Source of the DNA: Polyangiales bacterium
GTDB taxonomy: Bacteria > Myxococcota_A > Polyangia > Polyangiales > Polyangiaceae
DNA: 64,000 nucleotides
NCBI GenBank assembly: GCA_038231275.1
Contig: JBBRLQ010000001.1
Location: forward strand, 288,001 to 352,000
Direction: 5' to 3'
A model generated the notes under the pieces. That model was given only the letters and a program-made list of their open reading frames with translations, had not been told where the DNA came from and made no database searches. This document shows positions 17,609-27,471 of the stretch, piece by piece. Within the stretch, counting starts at the first letter, position 1, and every line of letters begins with the position of its first letter. The translations under genes and the position numbers were made by a program.

Positions 17609-19608
17609 ACCGCCGGCGCGCCCGCGCCATACCCGCGGGCGAAGTCGATCGCCATCGCGTGAACCTTCTCGATCGGCTCGTCGAACCGCACCGGCACGTC
17701 GAGCCTCTGCGCCGGCGGGAAGCCTTGCGCGTACGCCGCGTCGCCTTCGAACGTCGTGAACATCGTGTGGGTCGCGCGTTCGATTTGCACGACGGCGCGG
17801 ACCGGCGCGCCGGGGAGCGGCGTGAACGGCGCGCCGGCGGCCGGCAGCGACGCGAAGCGCAGCGGCCGCGTGAAGCCAGAGATGGTCACCTCCGTGGCGC
17901 CCGCGATCGCCGCGAGGAGCTCGCCTCCCTGATTCGGGATCAGCTCATCGGAGTACGCCTGCAAAAAGAGGACGGACTTCGCATTGCCGCTCGACGTCTG
18001 CGCGAGGTGCGGCGCAAACGCTGCCGGCTCGCCCGGCTCGAGGATCGCTTGCATCAGCGACACCGATCGCTGCGCCTCCGCGGGCAACGCCGTCGGATTC
18101 GAGAAATCGAGCGCCGCGTCGAACGTCGGGCGTACGAAGAGACCGGCCACCGGCTGGAAGAACGGCGAGTCCGAGAAGATCGGCAAGAAAACTCCCGCGC
18201 CGCCGACGCTGAGCACCGCCGCGCCGAGATCCGGCGAAACCGCGAGCGTCGATGCGCCGAGGACGGATCCGAACGACTCGCTCGTGTACACGAGACGTGA
18301 CGCGTCGAGGGACGGGTACGCCGCCGTGGTGTCGCCGCGCACGAGCAGTCGCACGAGCTCCGTCAGCTCGAAGACGGCTTGGCGCAGGCTGTCGCGGACG
18401 TAGCGACCGTCGAGCGGGCCGATGCCGTGCGCCGCGTCGCCGGCGAAGTTGAAGAAGAGGAAGGAGGCGCCGAGCTCGTCGAGATCGGCGAGCCCGTCCG
18501 GCGTGGGAGCGCCAGAAAAGTTGTGGACGCGATCTTTTGCGCTCGGGTTCCGGTTGCCGTGCCAGAGCGCGTCGATCCCGATCGTCGCGTAGCCCGCGCG
18601 CGCGTAGTCGTTCGCTACCGCCGCCACTTGCCCGCGACCGGCGTTGAGCCCGTGTTGGTAGATGAGCACGGGGACCTTCCCGGTCGCGCCGCGCGGCAGG
18701 GTGAGGAGAAACGGGATCGTCGTCGTCCCCTGCGCGATGGGCGCACCGGCGTCGTCGAGCCGAACGCGGCCGAGGACGTCGTGCGGCGCGTCGAGAAAGT
18801 AGGGCGCGTCGAAGGTGCCGAGGACGACCGAGGCGATGGCATCGTGCACGATCCCCTTGGGATCGCCCAGCCCTGGACGCGTCGTCCTTGGCTGGCCGAG
18901 GAGATCGTCCAGCTCCGCTTGCGTCGTCAGGCTCTTCGTCACCGCGGCGCGCGGCGGGGGAAGGCGGTCGGCCGCGGCGCGCATCGCGAAGAGGACGCGC
19001 GACGGCTGGCCGACGGTGAAGACGCTCGCGGCGCCGACCGCCATCGGATGCGCACGCAGGTAGTCGGCGAGTGGAGCGTATGCGGATGCGTACGGCCCGG
19101 CGCCATGGAGCGCGTCCGCCATCGCGCGGTCGGGCCGGACGGCTCGGTCGCCGACGATGCATGCGTACGTGTGTTGCTCGCGAAACACGGACGCGGGCGG
19201 CGCCAGGGCTACGAGCTCCTGCGTGGCGCCGCGGTAGAAGAGCCCCGTCGTCGCCGGGGTCGACACGGGATCGCTCAGGTCCACCAGCGTCGCCCGCTCC
19301 GCGAGAAGTCCCTCGGGCAACGAAGCCCCCTCGAGTGGGAAGAAGATCGACGTCCGCACCGGCGCGCCGTCGAGCTCGCTGAGGGACGCCGCCATCGTCG
19401 CGAGCGCGTCCTCCTTGCCGTCGAGCGGCACGCGATCGACGCGAAGGTGCCCTCCTTCGCGCAGGGCGTCGCTCGGCCACGGCGAGTCCGCGAACGAGCC
19501 TCCCAGGCGCGCGACGGGCCGGGCGTCGGCGGGCGCGTGGGTCGCGCACGCGGCGAGGAGCGCGAAGACGGGAAAGACGAGGACGGGGAAGGCGGCGCGG
19601 GCGGTCAT
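17596..19608 (-). CDS. Secreted alpha/beta-hydrolase lipoprotein (Pla-1/Cef-like lipase architecture)
   Basis: Lipobox LAAC; IYQHGL, IGIDALWHGNR, DSLRQAV, nucleophile elbow SESFG. Confidence 0.75.
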   Translation of the reverse strand: MTARAAFPVLVFPVFALLAACATHAPADARPVARLGGSFADSPWPSDALREGGHLRVDRVPLDGKEDALATMAASLSELDGAPVRTSIFFPLEGASLPEGLLAERATLVDLSDPVSTPATTGLFYRGATQELVALAPPASVFREQHTYACIVGDRAVRPDRAMADALHGAGPYASAYAPLADYLRAHPMAVGAASVFTVGQPSRVLFAMRAAADRLPPPRAAVTKSLTTQAELDDLLGQPRTTRPGLGDPKGIVHDAIASVVLGTFDAPYFLDAPHDVLGRVRLDDAGAPIAQGTTTIPFLLTLPRGATGKVPVLIYQHGLNAGRGQVAAVANDYARAGYATIGIDALWHGNRNPSAKDRVHNFSGAPTPDGLADLDELGASFLFFNFAGDAAHGIGPLDGRYVRDSLRQAVFELTELVRLLVRGDTTAAYPSLDASRLVYTSESFGSVLGASTLAVSPDLGAAVLSVGGAGVFLPIFSDSPFFQPVAGLFVRPTFDAALDFSNPTALPAEAQRSVSLMQAILEPGEPAAFAPHLAQTSSGNAKSVLFLQAYSDELIPNQGGELLAAIAGATEVTISGFTRPLRFASLPAAGAPFTPLPGAPVRAVVQIERATHTMFTTFEGDAAYAQGFPPAQRLDVPVRFDEPIEKVHAMAIDFARGYGAGAPAVHAP

Positions 19609-19643
19609 GGCGTTTCTCCAGCCGACAGCGCGGCTTCGTGGTA

Positions 19644-19667
19644 CATCAAAACATAACCGTTTTGATG
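19644..19667. promoter_or_regulatory. Inverted repeat, probable TetR operator
   Basis: CATCAAAAC-ATAACC-GTTTTGATG with perfect 9-bp arms, between divergent genes and overlapping the TetR ATG. Confidence 0.75.
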
Positions 19668-20306
19668 AAGCGCGCAAGCCGACCGCGGACGACGCCGGGT
19701 CCGGGCACCTACGATCGCGGGCTTACGCCGCGGGCGAGGCGCGCCGAGCAACACGCACGCCTCCTGCGCGCCGCGATCGAAGTCTTCGCGGAGCGCGGCT
19801 TCGCGGGGGCGTCCGTCGAAGCGATCGTGGACCACACCGGGATGAGCCGGCGCACCTTCTACGAACACTTCGACGGGCTCGAGGGCATCCTCCGCGAAGT
19901 CCACGCGCGCTCGGCCGCCTTCGCGCTGCGCATGGTGGAGGGCGCGATGGGCGCGGCGCGGGGACCGCTCGCAGCGATCGAGGCGGGGATCGACGCGTTC
20001 CTGACGCTCGCCGGGACGAACGGAGGCCTCGCGCGTGTGCTCTTCCGCGAGGTCCGCGCCGCGGGGCCCCACTACGAGCGAAGGCGCACCGAGCTGCTCG
20101 AGCGCTTCGGCGCGATGCTTGCGCGGGCGGTCGAGCGCGCGCACGAAGACGGCGATCTCGCGCGCGGACCCGACGAGGTGACGATCTATGCGCTCACGGC
20201 CGCGATCGAGGAGGTCGCGCTTCGCTACGTCGAGCGGCGCCAGGAAGCGCGGCTCGACGAGGCGCGGCCGGCCCTTACGCGTCTCGTCGTGAGCGCCTTC
20301 CGGTGA
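19665..20306 (+). CDS. TetR/AcrR family regulator
   Basis: LLRAAIEVFAERGFAGASVEAIVDHTGMSRRTFYEHF helix-turn-helix. Confidence 0.93.
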   Translation: MKRASRPRTTPGPGTYDRGLTPRARRAEQHARLLRAAIEVFAERGFAGASVEAIVDHTGMSRRTFYEHFDGLEGILREVHARSAAFALRMVEGAMGAARGPLAAIEAGIDAFLTLAGTNGGLARVLFREVRAAGPHYERRRTELLERFGAMLARAVERAHEDGDLARGPDEVTIYALTAAIEEVALRYVERRQEARLDEARPALTRLVVSAFR

Positions 20307-20367
20307 CGTGGGGCTTCGGGCTCGCCGACGCCGCGCGTTTGTGTCCGGAAGCCGAGTGCGCGCCTGG

Positions 20368-20802
20368 TCAGCCCTGGAGCTTGCGCAGATCGACGAAGTC
20401 CACGGGAGTGGCGGGCTCCCCGTGCCCCTGGGCGAGCGCACGGACGATATCCATCGGCACGACGATACCGGCGAGCGCGGCTTTCTCGTCGACGACGATG
20501 ACGCGGTGGATGCCTTCCTTCTGCATCAGCAGGATCGCCACGAGGATGGGGTCTTCGGCCCGCACCGCATACACCACGCGCGTCATCGCGTCGCCCACGG
20601 TGTTGCCTGGCATGCGCTGGCGCGGATCGGCCAAGTCCGAGAGCGACAGGACGCCGACCATGCGGCCGTGCTCGTCGAGGACCGGCGCGCCGCTTATCCC
20701 CCCCTCGTGAAACGCGTCCCATGCTTCGCCCAGGGTGTGCGTCGTCTTGAGGAGCACGACGGCTTCGGTCATCACGTCTCGAACGCGGAGCGTGCTCAAC
20801 AT
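20368..20802 (-). CDS. CBS-pair domain protein
   Basis: VRDVMT...ISGAPVLDEHGRMVGVLSLSDL...VGDAMT...IHRVIVVD. Start uncertain. Confidence 0.88.
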   Translation of the reverse strand: MLSTLRVRDVMTEAVVLLKTTHTLGEAWDAFHEGGISGAPVLDEHGRMVGVLSLSDLADPRQRMPGNTVGDAMTRVVYAVRAEDPILVAILLMQKEGIHRVIVVDEKAALAGIVVPMDIVRALAQGHGEPATPVDFVDLRKLQG

Positions 20803-20861
20803 CGCGATTTTCACCATGCGCTCATAGCACGCGTAGGTCACGCTGCGCGAACGCCAAGCTC

Positions 20862-20955
20862 TGACGAGCGCGCGGACCTGGCGCGGAGGCGCCGCGCGCC
20901 GACTTACGCGTTGCGGCCGGCGCTCACGCGGGTCGTCGTGAGCGCCTTCGCCTGA
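20862..20955 (+). pseudogene. Relic copy of the TetR gene 3' end
   Basis: 20913-20955 matches 20264-20306 at 36/43 nt; reads DLAR..TYALRPALTRVVVSAFA* versus DLAR..IYAL..RPALTRLVVSAFR*. Confidence 0.65.
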
Positions 20956-20961
20956 GCGTCC

Positions 20962-21279
20962 CTAGATGCAGGTCCAGCCGCTGTCGGTGCACGTTCGGCC
21001 GCCGCAGCGCGACTTGCAGCTGCTTTGCGCTTGCAGGTGAGTGAGCGAGCCGCAGTTCGGCGGCGCGTACTCGACCTCGATCAACGCGTTCGTCGGGCAT
21101 GTGAGGACGCCCGAGCAGTTGCAGTTCACTCCGCCGAACTTCGGCGTGACCGTCCCCTCGGCCTCGCTCGGCGTCACCACCTTGTCGGGCTCTGGTTGCG
21201 GCGCCTCCGAAGAGCACGCCGTCATCGCCGGCACCGCGAACGCAAACGCCACCATCGTGTTCTTGAAACCGATCTTCAT
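20962..21279 (-). CDS. Small Cys-rich lipoprotein (105 aa)
   Basis: SD GAGGAGG; lipobox MTAC; 8 further Cys in the C-terminal 53 aa. Confidence 0.8.
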   Translation of the reverse strand: MKIGFKNTMVAFAFAVPAMTACSSEAPQPEPDKVVTPSEAEGTVTPKFGGVNCNCSGVLTCPTNALIEVEYAPPNCGSLTHLQAQSSCKSRCGGRTCTDSGWTCI

Positions 21280-21307
21280 GAGTGACCTCCTCGGTCGACG
21301 GCCGGAT

Positions 21308-21323
21308 TGCAACCGAGGTGCCA
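21308..21323 (-). promoter_or_regulatory. Sigma54 promoter of the small Cys-rich lipoprotein
   Basis: TGGCAC-CTCGG-TTGCA on the minus strand, a perfect consensus. Confidence 0.8.
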
Positions 21324-21479
21324 CGCGAGAACCGCGAGAAATGCGCGCGGGTGCGCAGGCGGTGCCTCGCATCGCGAGCAGCGCCTGCGCCGGAAGGTCA
21401 GACCTTGCCCGATGCCTTGCTTCAGGGTCCCCGGGCATGCAGAGACCGTCGCACCGGCTCCGACTCAGCAGGGTGAAGG

Positions 21480-22901
21480 TCAGAACCCATTGAGCCGGCA
21501 GGTGCACGTCTGCATCAAGCAGTGCGTGCCGTCACAGCCGCTGACCTGACCGTGCCAGTTCGCGGCGGCGCCATTCGGTCCGTCGTAGAGACACGTTCCG
21601 TGGCCACCTGTGTTGGTGACCTGGCAGCTCGTGACGTGGTAGCCGCCCGGGCAGACGTTGGTCGTCCACGGGCACGTGGTGCCGTTGAAGCAGGCGGGCC
21701 CACAAGGCTCGTCGTTGTTCACGTTGACGGTGAAGTCGTTGCAGGACGTCGTGGCGCACGACCCGTACGAGCCGGGCCACGCGCGGCCGTCGCAGGTCTG
21801 CTGCGCCGAGCAGCCGGTTGGCGCGCTGCACCCTCGTTGGCCGCCGTTGATGCACAAGCAGCCTTCGTTCGCCGAGCCGTTGCAAGAGTCGTCGTTCCCC
21901 GCGATGCACGTGTCATGTACGGCGGGGCCAATCGAGCAGGCGCCCCAGTTGCCGCCTGCGCATGTCGCGGTGCCGTTCGCACAGTTCCCACGCGCCCCGA
22001 TGGGAGGAGCTCCGCACGACGTGGACCTGCCGTTGATGCATGTGCACGGGTAATTCGCGCGACCGTCGCACGAGTTGTCGTTCCCGAGGTCGCAGGTATC
22101 GGGCGAGGGCAGCACCTGACCGACGCAGGGACCCCAAGCCGTGCTCGTGCCGCTCGCATCGACGCTGCACGTCTGCGTGCCTGCGCGGCAAGCCCCGACT
22201 CCCTGTGTCCCCGCCGGGCCGGTGTAACAAGCCTGCTTGCTGTTGACGACGCAGCTGCACTCGGTGTTGTCGACCTTGCCGTCGCAGTCGTTGTCGGACG
22301 CGCTCGTGCAGTTCACCTTGCCGGGCGGCTTCACGCCCGCGCAGCTTCCAAACTTGCCATCGGTACCGCACAGCTTCGCGCCGTACGCGCACTGCCCGAC
22401 GGGCTTTCCGCCCGGAAAGGCGACGACGCCGCCGTCGGGCAGGTCTGCGCACGCGGCGCTCTGGCCAGGGTAGACGTTCTTGTCGGTATCGTCGCAGTCG
22501 TCGCCCTTCGAGATCACGAGGCCCGGCGCGGCGCACGCGGCACCGCGGTGCCCGTCGCCGTCGAAGTCGACCGCGCGGAACGCGCACGCGCCGGTCTTTG
22601 GGTCGCAGTACGCCTCGCCGCACTTCGCGGGCGTCACCGCCGCGGCCGTGAGCTGCGCCTGGCACTGCGTGGGGTCGCACGCTTGTGCCGCGTCGCCGGT
22701 CGGAGCGACTCCGCCATCGGGGTCGTTCGCGGGTCCGCTGTCCGAGGTGCCTTGCAAGGCATCCGTAGCGCCGTCGTCGGCGCCCGCTTCGGTGAGCGAG
22801 GTGTCGGGGTCCGGCAGGTCGCCGATGCCAAGGACGGCGCTGCACCCGCCGACGGCGAGCGCCGAGGCGCTCAGGATTCCGATCATGATTGCGCGCTTCA
22901 T
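21480..22901 (-). CDS. Cys-rich lipoprotein with MopE-like putative metal-binding repeats
   Basis: Lipobox VGGC; DFDGDG..DCDD...VYPG; DNDCDGKVD; repeated DNSCDG/DDSCNG. Confidence 0.85.
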   Translation of the reverse strand: MKRAIMIGILSASALAVGGCSAVLGIGDLPDPDTSLTEAGADDGATDALQGTSDSGPANDPDGGVAPTGDAAQACDPTQCQAQLTAAAVTPAKCGEAYCDPKTGACAFRAVDFDGDGHRGAACAAPGLVISKGDDCDDTDKNVYPGQSAACADLPDGGVVAFPGGKPVGQCAYGAKLCGTDGKFGSCAGVKPPGKVNCTSASDNDCDGKVDNTECSCVVNSKQACYTGPAGTQGVGACRAGTQTCSVDASGTSTAWGPCVGQVLPSPDTCDLGNDNSCDGRANYPCTCINGRSTSCGAPPIGARGNCANGTATCAGGNWGACSIGPAVHDTCIAGNDDSCNGSANEGCLCINGGQRGCSAPTGCSAQQTCDGRAWPGSYGSCATTSCNDFTVNVNNDEPCGPACFNGTTCPWTTNVCPGGYHVTSCQVTNTGGHGTCLYDGPNGAAANWHGQVSGCDGTHCLMQTCTCRLNGF

Positions 22902-23480
22902 CACAGCACCCCTTGGATCGAGAGCCCGCCGCCCGACGGCATGCCGAACGGTGTGACGCCGAGGCCCGTTCGTTTTGGTCCCTTCGGCGCGGTCAGGTAG
23001 AGCACCGCGCCGGCAGCCATCGCCGCGCCGCCTGCGATGAATGCGATCGTCGACAGCGTCGCGGCGGTCTTTGCGCCATCGCGGTCGCGGACGGAGGCGT
23101 CGTGGTCGGGGCACGCCGACGCGCTGCTGCAGCCATCTTGCGCCGATGACCACTTCGCGCTGGCGCTCAGGCCGAACGCGGTTCCCATTCCGATCGCCGC
23201 GACGCCGCCGAGGCCGAGGCCGAGCGCGACCAGTCGCTGGCTCGCGCCGCGATCGGCGGCCGCGATCGCCGGTGCGCCGGGCCCAGTCGCCAGCGCCGTT
23301 TCGGGCGGCGGCGCGCCGATCACGACGCGCTCCCGACGCGCGCGATCGCCTTCGCGAAGGACGACCTTGAGCTTCACCGGGGCTTCTCCCGGAGCCGTGA
23401 GGGTGAACTCGTGCTCGCCGGGGTCGACTTCGATGGGCGTGCCGTCGACCTTCTCGGCGATCGGTTTGCCGTCGAGCTCG
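22901..23480 (-). pseudogene. 5'-truncated PEGA-like/TPR-associated myxobacterial protein (C-terminal half only)
   Basis: LDGKPI..TPIEVDPGEH, two Gly-rich hydrophobic helices, C-terminal strand GGGLSIQGVL. The upstream frame looks non-coding and has no signal peptide or TPR part. Confidence 0.65.
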
Positions 23481-23681
23481 GAGGCTGCGCGTCGCCGAAG
23501 CCGGAGCCGCTGACGGCGGCGCACCCCATTGTCGACTTCGTCGTGCGCGAGTCGCCGCGCGGCGAGCTGGCAAGGCGCGACCTTCCCGAGCGCATCGTGC
23601 GCGCGGACGCCCCCGCCAACATCAGCACGCGCAGGCACTGACGTGACGACCGGCCGCGCCGCCACGAAAGAGGACACCACG

Positions 23682-23924
23682 ATGACGCCGCTCATTGCGT
23701 ACTGCGAGTCGAACCCGGTCGACACGCCGAACGACTCGTTCATCCGCGAGCTCGCTCCCGCACCCCTGGTGGCGCCGCAGGAGCAACCTGCGGTCCAAGC
23801 CGCGGAGCCGCCGAGTGACTGGAAGCGTCTTTGCGATACCTGGGACGAACTCGGTTACGACTGCGAGCCGCCGAAGTGCATGGGCCACTACGTAGACGCA
23901 CTCATCGAGGCGATGCGGCGGTAG
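23682..23924 (+). other. Short protein-like ORF or gene fragment, unassigned
   Basis: SD-like GAGGA, then MTPLIAYCESNPVDTPNDSFIRELAPAP...; no family recognised. Confidence 0.3.
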
Positions 23925-23972
23925 TTGCCCGCGCCCTACGTCGCTCCGTCTCTCAAGTGATGCAATGGGGAT

Positions 23973-24165
23973 GTGTCGCGGAACGGGGACCCGACGGGAG
24001 CGGACGACGAGGCTTCCGACGACCTGCTCGACGCACTAGCCAAGGCGCCCGACGTCGGCCTGCCCGGCGATCCGCAGCGCATCGGCGGCGTCCGCATCAA
24101 AGGCCGGCTCGGCCAGGGCGGGATGGGCATCCTCTACCGCGCGGAGGACGAGTCGCTCAAACGGG
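23973..24165 (+). pseudogene. N-terminal fragment of a Ser/Thr protein kinase
   Basis: RIKGRLGQGGMGILYRAEDESLKR (Gly-rich loop); similarity ends before the VAIK lysine. Confidence 0.8.
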
Positions 24166-24409
24166 CGAGCCGCCATGGTGCCAGCGGCGACGCACTGCAG
24201 GTGATGCCGCAGACGATGCGTTGACGCATGCTGAGGGGGGGCCGGGCGGGCGTGCCGGCGGAGTCGTTGGTGGCCTCGAAGCTGCAACCTCGGCGCGGCA
24301 GACGGCCGGACGAAGCGGAGTTCACCGCCGTCCGCACCTCGGGCGACAAGAAGGGAGCACCCCTGCCGGTGAGCCCCGCGCCGAGCTGCGCGCGGCCTGG
24401 CGGCCGCTG

Positions 24410-24859
24410 CTACTTCCGTGGCGACGACGACGATGTGTCGACCCCGGTCCCCGGCAGCGCAGCCAGCCTCGCGCGCGTCGTTCGGCTGTGGGGAGGCCTG
24501 GCCCCGCGCGCGCGGTGCACGCCGCGATCCAGGTCCGACGAGCCAATACCTACGACTCGCCGCTCCCTCCGCGCGTCGTCGCGGCGCGCTCGGCGCGACA
24601 CGTTGCGGGCGACGGCGTATGCCCACGCGCGGAGTGAGGCGTTCCACTGAAACGGGGGCAATCCGCTCCAAAGTCCCTCGGCGAACGCGGCGAATGCGTC
24701 GCTGGCGGTCGTCTCGTTGCGGTGCGTCGCGAGCAGAAAGCCGAAAATCTCGCCCCCAAGCGCACGCAGCGCGAGGGTCGCTGCGCCGTCGAAGTCGCCG
24801 CGCTCGCAGCGTGCGTGCACGTCGTCTTCCAGCGCCGCCCGTTGGGTCTCGTCCATCAT
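24410..24859 (-). pseudogene. Truncated ECF sigma-70 factor (region 2 present, region 4 missing)
   Basis: GGEIFGFL..ASDAFAAFAEGLWSGLPPFQWNASLRAWAYAVARN; degenerates after RLAAL. Confidence 0.7.
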
Positions 24860-24914
24860 CTCGAAGGGAGTTGCCGCTGCCGCCCGATGTGATGCTTTTC
24901 GGTCAAAAAAAACG

Positions 24915-26123
24915 TCAGCGGGCCAGCCACGCCTGAATCGCCGCGAGGTCCGAAGGCGCCAGCGGATGCCCGTAGGGCGGCATGTCGCGCTTCTCGACGA
25001 CGCGCGCCTTAACGTCACCCTTGTGTTTCTGCCACGCGGCGGGCGTCGACAGATCGATCCCCGCAGGGCCTCCCGGCAAGTGGCACGCGGAGCACGAGCG
25101 CGCGAAGACCGGTTGGACCTGCGCGGACCACGCGTCGTCGTGCCCGACGGTCGATGGCGTCGTCGGAGCGCCGGGCGCGCTCGGCGTGGTCGGCTGCGCT
25201 TGTCCCGCGTCACGTGCAATCCGCACGAGCGCGCCGCCGGCGACGATCCACACGTCGCCGCTCGTCGACGGAAAGAGGCGGCCGGCCGGCGGCAGCTTCG
25301 CCCCGGTCGTCGCGACGACGTGCCCGTCTTCGATGGCGCCCAGCTCCGGCCCCTCGGCGAACCAAACGCGCCCCTTCGACGCGACGAGCCCATGAATGGC
25401 CCCGAGCGTCGCGCGAAAGCGAAGCGTCAGCTCGCCCTTGTCGTTCTCCGCGTACACGGCGTCGGGGGTCGCGGCGTAGAGGCGCCCGCCGTCGTCGACC
25501 GCGGTGGCGATCGCGTCGCCGAGCGCGAAGCTCTTGGTCGCGAACGACGACGGGTCGACCCGTACGATCGCCCCGTTCGAGACACCGGCCCCCACGCCGC
25601 CACCCGCCGCGAGCGTCGTGATGGGCACGCCGCCGAGCCGCACGACCTTGCCGTCGCCGCCGGCCATGGCGATGCCGCCGTCGTACAGAAACGCAGCGCC
25701 GTGCGCGCCGAGGCTGGCGGCGCCGAGGACCCTCGATTTCTCCAGTCCCCAGCGCGCCGACACGTCCTCGAAGCCGGTGCGCGCGCGGAGGCGCCTCACG
25801 CGGCCCTTGTCGTCGAGCCCCACGATCCACGGCACGCCGCCGTCCGCAGCGGGGATCGTCGCGGCTCCGATCCACTTCGCCACCGATCGATCGACCAGGG
25901 ACACCGCGCCGGATTCCATCACCGTGGCCGCGCCATCCGAGAAGACGACGACGTCGCCCCCACGATCGGCGACCGCAGCGACGTGACCGACATCCGCATG
26001 CGTCGGGTTCCAGTCGACGGCGCGCGTGGCGAGACGCTGCACGCCGCCGTCACGCGAGTAGGGACCGGCGCCGCCGCACGCCGCGAGGAGGAGGGGCAGC
26101 GCGAACGAGAGCGTGGTTTTCAT
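24915..26123 (-). CDS. Lipoprotein with beta-propeller-like region and C-terminal monoheme cytochrome c
   Basis: Lipobox LAAC; VQPVFARSCSACH...DMPP...IQAWL. Confidence 0.85.
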   Translation of the reverse strand: MKTTLSFALPLLLAACGGAGPYSRDGGVQRLATRAVDWNPTHADVGHVAAVADRGGDVVVFSDGAATVMESGAVSLVDRSVAKWIGAATIPAADGGVPWIVGLDDKGRVRRLRARTGFEDVSARWGLEKSRVLGAASLGAHGAAFLYDGGIAMAGGDGKVVRLGGVPITTLAAGGGVGAGVSNGAIVRVDPSSFATKSFALGDAIATAVDDGGRLYAATPDAVYAENDKGELTLRFRATLGAIHGLVASKGRVWFAEGPELGAIEDGHVVATTGAKLPPAGRLFPSTSGDVWIVAGGALVRIARDAGQAQPTTPSAPGAPTTPSTVGHDDAWSAQVQPVFARSCSACHLPGGPAGIDLSTPAAWQKHKGDVKARVVEKRDMPPYGHPLAPSDLAAIQAWLAR

Positions 26124-27460
26124 GCTTTGAGGAGCTCCGGGACGATCTCGCCGTCGCGCATGTACTTGCGAGGGTTGACGTGGAACGACGACAGGAACGT
26201 CGCGAGCAAATCCGGCGGCGCGATCGCGCGCTCGCCGTCGACGAATTTTTTCGACCTCGCCGGCAGGAGCTGCTCCGGATCGCTCTTGCCGAAGACGAGC
26301 CCGCCCTTGAAGCGCGGCGAGATGACGAGCGCCGAGTTGTTGGGATAGTGATCGCGCCCGCCCTGCATGTTGATCTGCGGCGTGCGGCAGAAGTCGCTGA
26401 CCATGATGAGGTGCGTGTGGTCGGCGAGCTTCTTCCCGGCGAGCGTCGGGTGCGGCACGCCGTCGAGCGACTTGAGGAGGATCGCGACGAGATCCATCGT
26501 CTCTTGGAGGAGCTGCGCGTGCGTGCGGTAGTTGGTGCCGTGCGTGTCGAAGCCGCCGAGCGAGAAGCTCACGCAGCGCACCACGTTGCGCGTCATCGCC
26601 TCGACGGCGAAGGCTGCGTTTACACTGTTTCCCCCGTGAAATCGGCCTTTGTAGTTGAACTGCGGGTGCGCCTTTCGGAGCGCGTCGGCGCTGAACGCGT
26701 CGGAGAGCTTGCTGCCCAGCATGCGGCGGAGCGACTCCATCTGGAGGCCGACGCCGCGGAGAACGTCGGGATACGCCGAGCGCGCCGCGAGATCGTTCGC
26801 CTCTTGCGAGAGCATCGCGGTCACCTCGTCGCGATCGGTGTCGGCGTCGTAAATCTGGGTACGCGCCAGGCTACGGCTCACGCTGCCGATTTGACCGACC
26901 GTGAGCGGCACCACACGCCGGTCGAGGCCGTCGCCGACGTACGCCGACGGAAACGCGACGCTCACGATCGGGAAGAGCTGTTCGCGCCCGAGCTCGTTGG
27001 CGACCATCGTGTCGATCGACGGCGCCGGCGAGCGACCGCCCACGAGGTGACGTCCGGTCGCCGAGAACGCGCTGCCGTCGGGGTGACTGACCGTATTCAT
27101 CGCGAGGCCGTTCACGACGGTGATGCGATCGGACACGTCGAGCAGGTCGCCGATGCCAGGCCCGAAGTGCGCGCCCGATTTCGCCTTCACCATCTCGAAC
27201 GTGCGCGTCCCGTCCTCCATCGGCGCATCCACCCAGTGGCGCACCTGCGACGGATCCGTGTTCTCGCTCGACGCGGGGTGGATGATCCCCTTCTTCTCGT
27301 TCCGCGGGTCGGCCCACAACGTCACGTCCCACCCGCCCGACGCGTGGATGAAGACGAAGAACTCGCCGGGCGGCGCGCCAGCCTTCGTCGATTCGTCGGC
27401 GAGGACACGCATCGGCATGCCCGCGAGGAGGAGCGCTTTCAAGAAGGTTCGGCGTTGCAT
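26120..27460 (-). CDS. DUF1501 family protein, Tat-exported
   Basis: MQRRTFLK; FIHASGGWD; GGFDTH; SDFCRTPQIN..GRDHY. Confidence 0.9.
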   Translation of the reverse strand: MQRRTFLKALLLAGMPMRVLADESTKAGAPPGEFFVFIHASGGWDVTLWADPRNEKKGIIHPASSENTDPSQVRHWVDAPMEDGTRTFEMVKAKSGAHFGPGIGDLLDVSDRITVVNGLAMNTVSHPDGSAFSATGRHLVGGRSPAPSIDTMVANELGREQLFPIVSVAFPSAYVGDGLDRRVVPLTVGQIGSVSRSLARTQIYDADTDRDEVTAMLSQEANDLAARSAYPDVLRGVGLQMESLRRMLGSKLSDAFSADALRKAHPQFNYKGRFHGGNSVNAAFAVEAMTRNVVRCVSFSLGGFDTHGTNYRTHAQLLQETMDLVAILLKSLDGVPHPTLAGKKLADHTHLIMVSDFCRTPQINMQGGRDHYPNNSALVISPRFKGGLVFGKSDPEQLLPARSKKFVDGERAIAPPDLLATFLSSFHVNPRKYMRDGEIVPELLKA

Positions 27461-27471
27461 CGTAAGCTCCT

